In this document: in pieces, positions 37,552 to 54,049 of the stretch
Position numbering within the stretch: position 1 is the first letter of the stretch
How the letters are laid out: each line of letters begins with the position of its first letter
Source of the DNA: the human T2T-CHM13v2.0 reference genome, Homo sapiens
Reading direction: 5' to 3' (one strand)
DNA length: 64,000 nucleotides
Assembly (NCBI RefSeq): GCF_009914755.1
Contig: NC_060927.1
Notes under the pieces: model-generated
Database searches by the model: none
What the model was told of the DNA's origin: nothing
What the model saw: only the letters and a program-made list of their open reading frames with translations
Made by a program: the position numbers and the translations under genes

Positions 37552-38489
37552 CTATAAAAAAATAAAAAAACAAAAAGCTTTAGCCAAAACATAAGATTCT
37601 TCCTTAAATTATTATTACAGTAATCACACATAGAAAATGAATAAACTTAAATTTTAAGAGTTTTATATTCCAAATTCAAGTCTAGTTTGATCTTTTGATG
37701 CTGAGTAATTTCTCTAATGAGTAAACTTTAAGTGTAAAATAATTATTTAAAAATTAGAATGTTATTTTTAAAAGGCCAAAGGTATTTTAAACAAAAAGAT
37801 GTTATATACTAATATATATCTCCCTTTTGAAAAGGATTCTTTAAAAATAGAACTGTTGAGAAACTGCCTCAAGTATTAGGAAAAGTTACAGAATCCTATA
37901 TGAAAACCGGTAGAAGTTGCCAGAGATAAATGGGCAAATGATAGCAATAAACAATTCACAGAAGAGAAACACAAATAGAAGGAAAACACTAGAGGAAAAA
38001 CTCTTATTAGGTAGTATTTAAAGCATGTTAATTAGGTTGTGGTAAAACTGCAACACTCAATGTTGATGATAAGCAAAGTTGAATAATCATTTGAAAAAAT
38101 ATTATCCAAAGGCATAAAAACATAAACTCTTTGACCTACTAATCCCACTTATGGCAATTATTCCTACAGAAATAACTATTATGCATATAGTTTTTTCCTT
38201 TATGTTAATTGCAGATTACTTATTATAGTGTAAATGTGAATTTCTTCAATGATCTACCAGGAAATTGATTAAATATAACAAAACTTTTATCATGGAAATG
38301 ATGATACATCACAAATACACTGTAAAATGGTTTACAATCTGGTTAACTATGAGATTATATATCCATAGAGACAAAGCCTAAAAGGTATTACACAAGAATG
38401 AAAATAGTTATGGCAAAAGGTGGAATTTTAGATAGATTTATTTCTCTTGTAAAATGTATTGTCTTGTTATCTCCTAGAAAGAGATGTAC

Positions 38490-38610
38490 CTTTCATGTTT
38501 GGATCAATTTTTTTTGACCCAGCAGGAATGGGTGACACGCTGGCAACATTAGATGATACAGATCTATTTGGTGTTCGTGGGGAGCCTCCTGGGACTCTTG
38601 GTGAGGCATC
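38490..38610 (-). CDS. DYNC1LI1: DYNC1LI1 exon 11 (121 nt): DASPRVPGGSPRTPNRSVSSNVASVSPIPAGSKKIDPNMK
   Basis: Acceptor acatag, donor GTACAT; frame continuous. Confidence 0.95.
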
Positions 38611-38849
38611 CTATGTAAAAATAGGAAAATACAATTATAAAAACCTGAAACTTTCATTTTCACAAAAGTTATTATTGTAAAAAGAAATTACTTTGCAACT
38701 ATCCCCTGTTCTACTGGTACTTTTACACTGCAAGCCATTGACAAAATTGTTAGCAATCCTGTCCTCATTATTAGAGAATGCCAGACAGAGGCCCATCACA
38801 TTTTAACATACAAATTTTTCCTCTCATAGAAAATAAAGAACATATTGAG

Positions 38850-39070
38850 TGATGATGTATGGTTAGAAGCTTGGGAGTCAGACTTGGTTTCCAATCTGGA
38901 CTTGTATTCTACTAGCTTTATAATCTCAGGCAAGCCACAACGTCCTCCCTAAGGTTCCCATTTCCTCATCTGCAAAATGGGGCTAATAACAGTCCTGCCT
39001 CATAAGGCGGTTGTGAGAATTTGTAAAATGACATATAAATGGCTGAGTATTGACACACAACAAATGTTAC
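38850..39070 (+). mobile_element. MIR
   Basis: Core TTTCCTCATCTGCAAAATGGGGCTAATAACAG. Confidence 0.8.
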
Positions 39071-39233
39071 AAATAGATCTTTACACTTTTAAAATCTCAC
39101 AAATTACAGAAGAATTCTGAATTCAAGTTTATATCAAAGCACACCCATATGAAATATGTACATAATTAATAAAAAATAACTAAAATAATATGTACTGCAT
39201 TTTAATCATTTTGTCAAAATTTGTAATACTGAC

Positions 39234-39278
39234 CACAGGCCTTCCAGCTGCAGTTGGTGGTTGCTTTGCTAAAAGGGA
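39234..39278 (-). CDS. DYNC1LI1: DYNC1LI1 exon 10 (45 nt): SLLAKQPPTAAGRPV
   Basis: T17-cag acceptor, GTCAGT donor; frame continuous. Confidence 0.93.
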
Positions 39279-39410
39279 CTGAAAAAAAAAAAAAAAAAGA
39301 ATCCTAGTTTAGACATTCATAGCATATACTGGTGTATTTTTAAAGAAAATACACACAAGAACAGTTTACCCATTAACCATACTAAGTCTGCTTCTGATAT
39401 AATTTCATAC

Positions 39411-39470
39411 CTGTAGCTTCATAAGAAACACCTGATCATCTTCTGCCATAATTTCCTTCTCATGTACAAA
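39411..39470 (-). CDS. DYNC1LI1: DYNC1LI1 exon 9 (60 nt): FVHEKEIMAEDDQVFLMKLQ
   Basis: tttcag acceptor, GTATGA donor. Confidence 0.95.
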
Positions 39471-39624
39471 CTGAAATGAGCAATGCACAAATGAGCAAAT
39501 TTAATATATTATGCTAACACAATTAATAATTTATTCTCTAGATTGGACTAATTAAAAAACAGTTCAAGAATTTGAACATTACCTATACTATATTTATATT
39601 CACATGCGTGAGCTGCCCTACCCA

Positions 39625-39835
39625 AGGCCTTCAGCAGAGGTGTCCAGTAACTAGCTACAGTTTTGGAAATATTCTATATCTGTGCTGTTCAATATGGCAG
39701 TCACTAGCCACCAGTGGCTACTGAGCACTTGAAATGTGGCTAGTGTGACTAAGGAAATGATTTTTAATTTTATCTAATTTTACATTTAAAAGGCATACGA
39801 GGCAAGTGGCTACCGTATTGAACAGCACAACCCTA
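39625..39835. mobile_element. MER3 hAT MITE
   Basis: GTGCTGTTCAATATGGCAGTCACTAGCCAC...GTGGCTACCGTATTGAACAGCAC inverted structure. Confidence 0.8.
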
Positions 39836-40049
39836 GAGTCACAAGCATATTAATCATGCTTATAAAATTTGCTAAACAGCAGTTAGGGTGTTTTAAAAGG
39901 GCCAGTAATATCCTAGTTAAGTGAAATGCAACTTCTCCCTTGTTTCTCTGAAATAAAAATATAATGGCTCTTCTATGAGCTGAATAATTAGGAAAAGGAA
40001 TTGCAGAAGTCTCCTGCTTCTATTCTTGCTGTATAACACATACCCAGTC

Positions 40050-40530
40050 TATTTTCTTCCCAGGAGCCAGTGATTCTTCTAAAAGGTTAAGTCAGATTAC
40101 ATCACTCCTCTGCTCAACCTCTCAATCTCTTTCCATCTAACTCAGAATGAAACCTAAAGTCCTTACTGTAGCCTAATGATAAAGACCCACAGTAACTTAC
40201 TTCTGCCTCTCATCAACTAGCTTAACCTTCCCCACAGCTCTTTCCTGCCTCTGTCTTCCTCATACATTTCTGCCTCAGGGCATGTACACTTTTAGTTCCC
40301 CCTGCCTTCAGCATTCTCCCCCCTTTATCAAAGACCTTCCCCCATCATTCATATACAGCATCCCTCACAGCCCAGTCCCCTTGCTCACTCTCCCTACATC
40401 CTGCTTTATTTCTGTAGCACTTATCACTACTTGACAGATGTCTATGTATTGGTTTACTATAGGTATCACTCTCCTTCCCATTTAGCACTTAGAACCTAAA
40501 CAGGGCCTGAGGTGATGCTCAATAAAAGAA
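40050..40530 (+). mobile_element. L2 3' fragment
   Basis: Pyrimidine-rich L2 body ending GCTCAATAAA. Confidence 0.65.
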
Positions 40531-40769
40531 TGTGAAATATTTTTGCTATTTTATTTTTATGCATGCATTTCTTTTAATAGACATCCAAACCAAATACCAC
40601 ACCAACTGATTTTTCATTTGACCTTTTCTTATTACTAATAATAACCCACAAACAGAAGATGGATGCTTTATATTATGAGTGTTTGGATTCTGAAGACTCT
40701 TATATGCTAAATAAAAATTATTTTTTCTTGATATATATGTCAAGATTAAAGTCAGTCAGTGAGAACTAC

Positions 40770-40985
40770 TACAAGTTGAGTATCCTTCATCCGAAATGCT
40801 TGCGACCAGAAGTGGAAGTGTTTCAGATTGCTGAATATTTGCATTAATACTTATCAGTTCAGCATCCGTAATCTGAAAATCCAAAATGTTTCAATAAGCA
40901 TTTCCTTTTGAGAGTCATGTTGGAGCTCAAAGTGTTTCAGATTTTTGAGCATTTTGGATTTTCAGATTAGGGATAGTCAATTTAT
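40770..40985. mobile_element. Tigger4/MER46-like element
   Basis: ACAAGTTGAGTATCC...TCAGATTAGGGATAGTCAA termini. Confidence 0.75.
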
Positions 40986-41060
40986 TTATGCAAATACTCA
41001 TTTTTATAGAGCTTTCAGAAACATCTCTATCTATAGAACATTATACACTGCATGAAGTCA

Positions 41061-41586
<526 letters not shown>

Positions 41587-41935
41587 CTAGGTTGGAAAGT
41601 TCACAGCTTCTACCTATTCAAACTCTGTAAGATCCACATATTCACTCATGCCAATCTGATTTCCAAAGCACTATATTAGAATGTGGATTCTGCACTAACA
41701 ATTGCTAATATAAATATGCCAAGGGCGAAGATTTAATTAGCTGAATAGCTGATTTCTATTTTGCTAAAACAAATCCTTATGTAAACTGTACATTAGAAAC
41801 ACACCAAAATTATACTTAGAAACCCTCCAGATGGAAAAGGACATTTTTGCCTTTCTACATTTAATTTTAAAGTATGGAATTCCCCTCAGGTTAGTCTAAA
41901 GTCTAAATATTGAGATTATTTACTAAAATGGTTAC

Positions 41936-42047
41936 CTTTCGAACAGGTGGTTTAGTTATGATGTCTTCAAAATTATCTTCTGCTTTTAATGTTTGAAAAT
42001 TTTCATGTAATATTCCTATTTTCTTATCATTATCCCACCCTGCTGGA
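41936..42047 (-). CDS. DYNC1LI1: DYNC1LI1 exon 8 (112 nt): (I)[37 protein letters not shown]
   Basis: tttccag acceptor, GTAACC donor; conserved PAGWD motif. Confidence 0.96.
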
Positions 42048-42218
42048 CTGGAAAGAAATACATATGATAAATTCTCAAGCATTTATATAGTCATTCTTTC
42101 ATTCAGTCCAAGATCATGTAAAAGGAATACTTTCATGAAGTCAATTTGAACAATTATGGAAAACGAATTAGCTTTTCATTATGATGTCCACGTTTTACTA
42201 ATTTCTACTTAAAATGAA

Positions 42219-43126
<908 letters not shown>

Positions 43127-43461
43127 AGGTAATTTTTAAAAGCATGTCTAGATCTCATATTTGGTCATTTATGTATCATAATCAATTAAAGAATAAGCAG
43201 ATACAATACACTAATATAGGCACCCAGTAGACAGTTTAGCTCAAAAACCTTTGAAAAAGGGCTCAGGCCAGCAGTAAATCTAAAAGGCAATAATAGATAA
43301 ATCAAGACAGGTTATAAACAAAAAACAATCTAGGAACAGATAGATTCTCACTTTCTCATCATGGAAGGTCTATTGGTCCCATCTCAAAACTGAAATAATG
43401 ATTCACCATCAAATAGTAGCAATAATACATGATAAAATTATATATTTAAGAGTACACTTAC

Positions 43462-43597
43462 ATAAATACTGCATCCTTTTCCACAACAACAGCAGGAATC
43501 TTATAGGGAAATCCATATAGTTTCTGAACGATGTATTTATATACTAAGTCTATATTTTTGTTTTCTTTTACTGAAGTGTAAATAAGTGCTGCACCAT
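43462..43597 (-). CDS. DYNC1LI1: DYNC1LI1 exon 7 (136 nt): (Y)[44 protein letters not shown](I)
   Basis: attcag acceptor with U12-type branch point, GTAAGT donor. Confidence 0.96.
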
Positions 43598-45961
43598 CTG
43601 AATAATATGGTTAAAGAAAAATTCTGGACAAATGTCATGAGCAAATACCATAAAATTCTGTGTTTTCAGCTTAACTTTTATTTCTATGCATTTTAGTTTC
43701 AGAAATAACTCCAAAGGTATATTATATGGTAATCAAGAACTTCAAAAGTAAAAAATACTACCTTCATATGGGCTACAATTAATAAAAGAATTTTTACATA
43801 ATCAATTTAACTTAGGAAGGCAGAAGTCTCATTAAGACAAGAAGTAAAGGTAAATCTAGAAATACTGACACCATGACTACTTCTATATTTAAAGCACATG
43901 AAAGGACAATTTTTATGTTTTAACTTTCCTAAACTTCATAGAGGGGATATTATTTATCAACAGCTGTTTTGTTTGCCTTTTCAACAAAAATGGTGTGTTA
44001 ACAGTGTCTCTTTGTAGTTTTTACAAAACCCAGGAATTAAAGACTTCAGGGATAAGGCTCAGGAGACTCACTGGAGAGAGCAAAAGAAACCCAATGTTGA
44101 AAGGTGAGCCAGCAGGTACCAATTAGGAAGCTTTCAGGAATAACCCAAGGCAAAAGCACATTTCATGACAAAACTTGAAATAACACAACCTCACATCAAG
44201 ATGTATTAAAGCAGAGCCTAACTTTGACCTTTTATCCAAAAGACACAGTGGATGTAAATATTAAGACATCCATGGACAATGTGACCACTGACAGATGATG
44301 GATTCAGAGTGGCTATCAGAAATTCTATGACCATCCACATTCTAGCACTGGCCCTTGTTTCTCCAAGGGAGATGGTGACCTAGGCCAAGGGGGAAATGCT
44401 GGGAGTACAGTCTAACTTCTTAACTGGGATACTCATATTTTCTGGGACATGACCTGAGGCTTATAAACCTAAAAGCAGTATTGCTAAATACAACTTACTA
44501 AACTTACTTTGATACGAAACTTTAACATGGTAGAGACAAACATAATCTTAGGCAAAAGTTTAACTGTATTAACTTTGCATTAATGCTCTTCCCCACAATG
44601 AAAACCAAATTATGATAATTTGGAAGATTTCTGTAACTGAAAAACTTACATTGCAATTAAAAATTTAATAAAATAAAGGTGATTTTGAACTGTCACTGTC
44701 ACTGATAAATACATACCTCATTATCTTGAGATGACTTCTCACATTTTGTATTCTTTTAAAATCAACTGGCTCTAATGGTCTCTATTTTGGTAGAAAGCTT
44801 CCTTTCTGATTACATTTCTGTACTTACATTTTTAAGTATAGCATTAAATAAATGATTAAAGAGACTGTTTACTCTCAAATTTTCTAATCCCCAAAGATAA
44901 CATAAAAAAGAGGCTACAGATACCTACACTACAATTACCCTCACTTTTTATTTTATTTTTGAAGACACTATGGTAGACTAGTACCCTTTAACTCAACCAA
45001 CTCAGCCATTTGGTGACATGAGAAGAGAAAGGCCCATAAAGAGAAAGAACTGAAGAGAAAAGGGGAAAGGGAAACTATCAGTGTCAAGTGATCTTATTCA
45101 GGCTTTCTTTAAGTGGTCCTTAAATTAAACGCCCACTAATGAAAATGATTTATAATTTGTAGACACCATAAACGTGTGTATTACTCATTACTATCTATTC
45201 CTAATAATCATTTCATTATGTTTCAGACTCAAAAACTTTGGCTGGGGAATGCAACTGCAAAATATCTGATCCAAGAGGGTTGGTGAGTTTACTCTTCAGT
45301 GCATTCAAGGTGTAACTAAGTTTTCAACAGTAAAGTCTCTAAAAAGTACTCACTTTTAACCTTCATTTTCTCCCTATTTTAGCTGTAATTATTACTCACT
45401 GGCTCACCTAATCCTTGCAATCTAGATTAACAAGACTTTCTATGATAGATTTTCCAGGAAGGTTTCTAAAGTTTAGATGATTCTCCAGCCTCACTTTGGA
45501 ATACTCCAATCCAATATGTCTAGATAGGCAGAGCCAGATTTTGAAACCACTGTTAGGCTATATGTGGAGAAGATGACAACACACTAAACAAATTAAAAAT
45601 GAAAACACAAAAAACACAATACTGACCTTGTCCTACCACCCACCAATAAATACAGTTTTTTAATCAGATATGTTCATAACTACATACAGCTTACTAGACT
45701 TTTCCACATACAATTGGTAATTATTTTTCTTAAGCATACTTTAAACACAGCAAATCAAAGTAACATACTTCAATATTTGCTTTTCTATCTCAAAATATCC
45801 AAATGTAAATAATTTGGGAACTAAAATGAAATTTCCAACCAGAGACAGAAGGAGAAATGTTTACAGAATTTCTCAAGTCCATCAATTTAATTCTTTTAAC
45901 TTTAAAAAACTAAAACAGGTAAAGTGATACACTGAATCAATAAATGTATTTAAAAGGATAC
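43598..45961 (-). other. DYNC1LI1: DYNC1LI1 intron 6: U12-type (minor) GT-AG intron, 2364 nt
   Basis: Donor GTATCCTTT at 45961-45953; branch TTTTCTTTAAC at 43620-43610, ~13 nt before the AG; no polypyrimidine tract. Confidence 0.9.
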
Positions 45962-46055
45962 ACTGTAAACAAAACTTCCGGATATGTGACTGAATAAAAT
46001 CAAAATGTTCATCTCTGTAGTCATGTTCTTTCTCCAATACACTAATGGCATCACA
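45962..46055 (-). CDS. DYNC1LI1: DYNC1LI1 exon 6 (94 nt): [31 protein letters not shown]
   Basis: taacag acceptor, GTATCC donor; frame continuous. Confidence 0.96.
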
Positions 46056-46823
46056 CTGTTAAGTTAAAATAATTAAAAATAATACATTTAAAATAATCAT
46101 AACTAAATATAGTAATTTAAACAGTTCAATTCTGGATAGGGGAACATCATAAAAGTACCACTCTGATATGGTGAATGAACAGCAGGACACAGAATATCAA
46201 GTACCCTATGAACTTTTAGTTGGAGGGACTAATGGATAATTTTATCTTTTTAAAAAGCATTAACTTCAACGTTAATGTTAAATCTGGTCAGAACACCAAA
46301 GACAAAGTTTTAGTACCTAAGGGAAGGAAGAATAACAAGCCTAGCTTGTTCTAAGAAATCATACTTGCTAATAACTCAACTACTTATAACCTGGAACAAA
46401 GTTTTAAAAAATCTAACATCTATTTTAGTTTTATAAAACACTTCTGCATATCCAGGGAGTCTCTACTTCTCACCATTTCTTCTTTGTTCCTGTGTTTATC
46501 TGATAATTCTCAAGTGACCTTAATTTCTTTTCTGGTGCTTTTATTCACTCTTATTACAATCTCACTAATAACAAAATAAGGAAACTACAACTGATTTTTG
46601 AAATGTCGCCTGTACAATCAATGAGACAATTCTGAATTCTGCTTGCTACAGAAAAATGCTAAGAAAAATACAAAAAAGGCATGTTCAAACATCACGACAT
46701 CCAAATAATTTCACCAAAACCCTTCTGAATTGCAGGTGTAAAATATAAAAATAAACATTTAATAATGGTCATTACACCTAATATTAGTTTGGGGTTAAAT
46801 CTGCTATGTAATTTTTTTGTTAC

Positions 46824-47045
46824 ATATATATATATATAATTTATATATATAATATATATATATAATTTATATATATAAAATATATATAATTTATATATAT
46901 AATATATATATATAATTTATATATATAATATATATATAATTTATATATATAATATATATATATAATTTATATATATAATATATATATAATTTATATATAT
47001 ATAATTTATTATATATATATATAAAATTTATATATATATATAAAA
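46824..47045. repeat. Pure A/T minisatellite of interrupted (TA)n, unit ~20-22 nt
   Basis: About 220 nt with no G or C; repeated TATATATAATTTATATATATAA. Confidence 0.95.
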
Positions 47046-47359
47046 TAGCAAAAAAAAAAAAAAACCTAACAGGGTGCAGTGGTATGTGCCTGTACTACTT
47101 TGGAAGGTGAGGCAGGAGGATTGAGCCTAGGAGTTCAAGACTACCTGGGCAACATAGCAAAACTCTCCACAAAAATGAAAATAAAAACATATATACGGCA
47201 CAGAACAGAGTCTCATTATATAATTATGAGGAGCATTTCATTGCCCATTTTATCAAATACTGACAGTGATTTCAAATGATTAAAAATAATTATTATACTT
47301 TGACTTATTGACACTTTTGGAAAGGCATGGTGGTTTAGTATTAAATAAAAATATTTTAA

Positions 47360-47661
<302 letters not shown>

Positions 47662-48414
47662 TTAACTGAAATCAGAGGATCTGGACTTAAGACAAGAAAC
47701 TTAGAGAGACTAAGTTTCTAAGACTAAGAGAAATCTCCATTTCCGGAGTCTTTAAACTGATGGCGTTGAACCACCATACTTCTCTCCCTTTGGAAACACA
47801 CATTTCTCCATACCCCTATACATTTTAAAAGTTCATAAACTGAAATACATCTGATAGTGTCTTAGATTTTATGAAATACAGTAGATGATCTATTCTGGTT
47901 TGAAAATGTTATGACTCTATGACTCATTTGATACTGATTCCGGACCCTTTAAGCTTAACATTTTTCTTTTGGAAAGTAAGACTGCTTTTCATAAGGCAAG
48001 TAGTGCTGACGGAACCAATGGAACCAACTTCCAATAAACAAACAGCTCTTCACCAACCAAAACAAAATAAAAAACAAAGCACACAGAAGGATTTCAGTGT
48101 GAGATTTTAAGATAGTGTTTTACAGAAAAGGTGTATGTAACAATTAACTATACCAAAACCACCATTTGAAAGCAGATGGCAGACTTTAACTTAATTATTT
48201 TAAGTGCCGTCACTCCATTCCTTTGTTATGGATAATTTTTGTAGCAAAGTAAAACCTAAGCTAGGTTTTAGATTTTTTAATCAATTTTACTCCAACAATG
48301 AATAAATTCTATACCCTCCTTTAATTTTACATGTGCAAATTTTACATAATAAAAGGCATTAATTTCAGGTCTCAAAAGGACTTATGTTCTGTCATTTTCT
48401 TAACTATTCCATGA

Positions 48415-49109
<695 letters not shown>

Positions 49110-49338
49110 TTCTATTAATTATTTTTAAAGGAAACTTAATTTTATTACAAAATATATACAGTGAAATAACCAATAATATAATTTTGATAATAGTGGTCCT
49201 ATCAGAACCTCTTTAAAAAACAGAAACCCTTGATGACTGCATGTTAACTTTATATAATGAGTGCTGCTACATGTTTAAAAGTCTACTTTAAGTATATAAT
49301 CCTCTGATATTAGAGAATATATAAAAATTTAATGTTGA

Positions 49339-49685
<347 letters not shown>

Positions 49686-49977
49686 TTACCTGTAATTATT
49701 TCTACTAAACTGATTGATCATACAATGAAGTTCAATTGGAATTATGAAAATGAAATTCAATCACAAGTATTTGAAATAACATTTTCTTTCAAAGAAACTA
49801 TAATTAAGACCACAAAAGCAACATGTTAATATCATTAAATACTTTAAACTATTATTTGTTTGTTAACAAAAAATCATCTAGGAGAACTAATGTGTTAACT
49901 CCAAAAAACCTGGAAAACAAAACAGTTGTTCATCCTCAGTGAATATCAGTTGCAGAATCCCTAGGAAGCAAACTAAC

Positions 49978-50147
49978 CTTTGTGCAAACTACTAGTACTG
50001 GAATGCCCAAGTTATGTGTAAGTGTATCCGCACCCAGAGGTAAAACTACACTGTCATCTTTGTCTTCTTGTGACGCAGTATTTCTTCTCTGGGGAGAAGC
50101 CGGGAAGTCTTCTCCTGGCTCTACATATTCTTGGAAGTCTCTAATCA
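49978..50147 (-). CDS. DYNC1LI1: DYNC1LI1 exon 5 (170 nt): (L)IRDFQEYVEPGEDFPASPQRR...LGIPVLVVCTK, includes CDK1 site S207
   Basis: ttttcag acceptor, GTTAGT donor; ORF track 49936..50148. Confidence 0.96.
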
Positions 50148-51063
50148 CTGAAAATCAAAGTAAACACAATTTAGAAATTGCTTCATTTCAGCAGGTAACT
50201 TTTCTTGCCATAATCTAAAGATAAAATTTACTCGAATTTATACTTAGTCTTGTGTAAGAGAAGAAACAAAAAGGGTTTGAGAAACCTATTTCAAAGAGAA
50301 TATACAAACACTGGACCCACAGTAATAATTAGGAGACAGAATATTACTACTGCAGGGGATGGCTCTACAAAGTAGGGTTCTATCTAGACCTGGCTCAATT
50401 TATGCAAAATATTTTGGTCAAGTCACAATTAGTTTTGTCTCTCTACCTTCTCTAATTCACAAAGGGCACTGTATGGATAAAAGAAAAATAAATGTGGGAG
50501 AAAAAAATCCCATAACTTAAAAGATAGTCTAGATGATTTTCTAATACTAACTTCTTTCACTAAACCCTTTACTCAGGTCTCTCCTTTTTTACCTAGGCTC
50601 AATCTTGGGCCATGCTCATTCTGTAACTCTGGTACAACTTAATGAAATATTACCAGTGCTGATCAGTTTTTAGGAGTTATTTGCAAGGTTGTCAAAACTG
50701 TCACTAAAAAATATAAAGTAAATGTGAATGTATCAAGAGACTTGAAAATGTATGTTTAGACTCCGTAATTACTCGCCTAGGAATTCTCAAGGGCACAATC
50801 AGTGATGCACATACATAGGGATTTCCACGTAACTCTTTTCTTCATGTATAAAAGCAAAACAAATTTGGAAACAAACTGTCTATAGCATAGGATTAAAATA
50901 GTATATGAGAAAAAATTATACACAACCATAAGATGTCAAGTTTTCAAAGAATATTTAACGTTGTAGGAAATAGTAACATTAAAAGATACATAAATAAAAG
51001 AAGGCCAACGTATGATTCCAGCTTAGAAATAAAAATACTGGGAAAAATACACAAAAGTATTAG

Positions 51064-51647
51064 TTATTTATTTAGAGACAGGGTCTTGCTCTGTCACCCA
51101 TGCTGGAGTGCAGCGGTGCAATCATGGCTCACTACAGCCCTGACCCAAGTGATTTTCTGGCTCAACCTCCCGAGTGAGTAGCTACAGGCATGTGCCACCA
51201 CACCTGGCTAACTTTTTATTTTTGTAGAGATGGGGTCTCACTATGTTGCCCAGGCTGGTCTCAAACTCTGGGCTCAAGCCATCCTCCCACCTCAGCATCC
51301 CAAAGTGTTGGGATAACAGAGGTGAGCCACTGTGACCGGCTATTTTCAATTTTTTTTTTTTTTTTTTTTTGAGATGGAGGCTCACTGTGTCACCAGGCTG
51401 GAATGCAGTGGCGCAATCTCACTCACTGCAACCCCCGCCTCCTGCGTTCAAGTGATTCTCCTGCCTCAGCCTCCCAAGGGGCTGGGACTACAGGCGCCCA
51501 CCACCACGCCTGGCTAATTTTTGTATTTTTAGAAAAGACGGGGTTTCATCATATCGGCCAGGCTAGTCTTGAATTCCCGACTTGTGATCCACCTGCCTTG
51601 GCCTCCCCAAGTGTTGGGATTACAGGCGTGAGCCACTGCGCCCAGCC
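51064..51647 (-). mobile_element. Two antisense Alus (51064-51340 J-like, 51350-51647 S-like)
   Basis: Alu consensus; TSD CTATTTTCAATTTT around the second. Confidence 0.9.
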
Positions 51648-51914
51648 CTATTTTCAATTTTCAAAAAACAAAGAATGTACATTATTACTTACTTAGAAAA
51701 AAAATGTGTGTTTTCTCTTAAAGTAATTATGAGCCAGATCTTTGGATCATGAAGACTGACTCATATGGAGGAAAACTGTTCTGAATTTACATGGGGTCAA
51801 GGAATAGGGAATCCCGAACAGGTGGGCACCGTTCCTCTAGAAACACAGGGGTCTGTATGTACCCTTAGCAGCCCTGGTGACTACCACTCTTAAGATCAGA
51901 GGCTGTAATCTAAT

Positions 51915-52110
51915 AGTGGCTGTCAAATTTTATCATGCACCAGAATCACTTCAAAGGCTTGTTACATCACAGATTACTGTTTCCACCCTCAAGAGTTTCT
52001 AATTCAGTGGTCCAGGATGGGGAGTGAAAAATGTGTACTTTTGATATGTTCCCAGCTATACTGATACTGGTGCTGCTGGTCCAGGGAACCACAGTTCAAC
52101 AACTACTACT
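51915..52110. mobile_element. MER5A-like
   Basis: CAGAATCACTTCAAAGGCTTGTTA...GCTGCTGGTCCAGGGAACCACA. Confidence 0.7.
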
Positions 52111-52337
52111 CTAGGATAAATCTAGACTTAGGGAAGAACAATAACAACAAAAACTCCACAGGCAATAGTAAACAGAAAAAAAAAAATTAAAAGCATTTAG
52201 ACATCTCTTTCAATGATTTACTACATACATTTTAAGTTTTTACTGTTTTCTTACACATAAATTCCAGCAAGCTGTCAATTTTTCTTTAAAAGTTACTGTC
52301 AGTGAATAATAACAAAGGAGTTCATCTATGTATTTCC

Positions 52338-53701
<1,364 letters not shown>

Positions 53702-53818
53702 GTACTTACAATATGCTTACTTCATTAAACCTTTTTTATAGTCAAAAATTCCTAATGATTAAAGTCAGCCAAGACATTTTGTATTTGAAACCTACATTAC
53801 TGTTTCTAGATTACTTAC

Positions 53819-54049
53819 ACTTTTGTTCCATTTGTTTCATTTCTTCAGGAGGGATTTTCAGTTTGTCAACATGTTCTCTAACAACACTTGCCCATTTCTG
53901 TAAAGAATCCAAAGCAGTCCAAGGCTTTGACATGTCAACAACCAGCATAACTAGAGTATCCTTCAGAGATACGGCATCCAGTGAAAATTTAAGGAGGCCT
54001 TTGTGATATAGGTCTCCATCTAAGATCCAAACATTACATCTTGTTTGAT
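53819..54049 (-). CDS. DYNC1LI1: DYNC1LI1 exon 4 (231 nt): (D)[21 protein letters not shown]...EEMKQMEQK
   Basis: ttgtag acceptor, GTAAGT donor; ORF track 53811..54062. Confidence 0.96.

Noticed and set aside
46056-46075. TTAACTTAACAG before exon 6 as a second U12 branch point
   Set aside because: Too close to the AG, lacks the CCTT core, and the intron 5 donor (GTTAGT) is U2-type.
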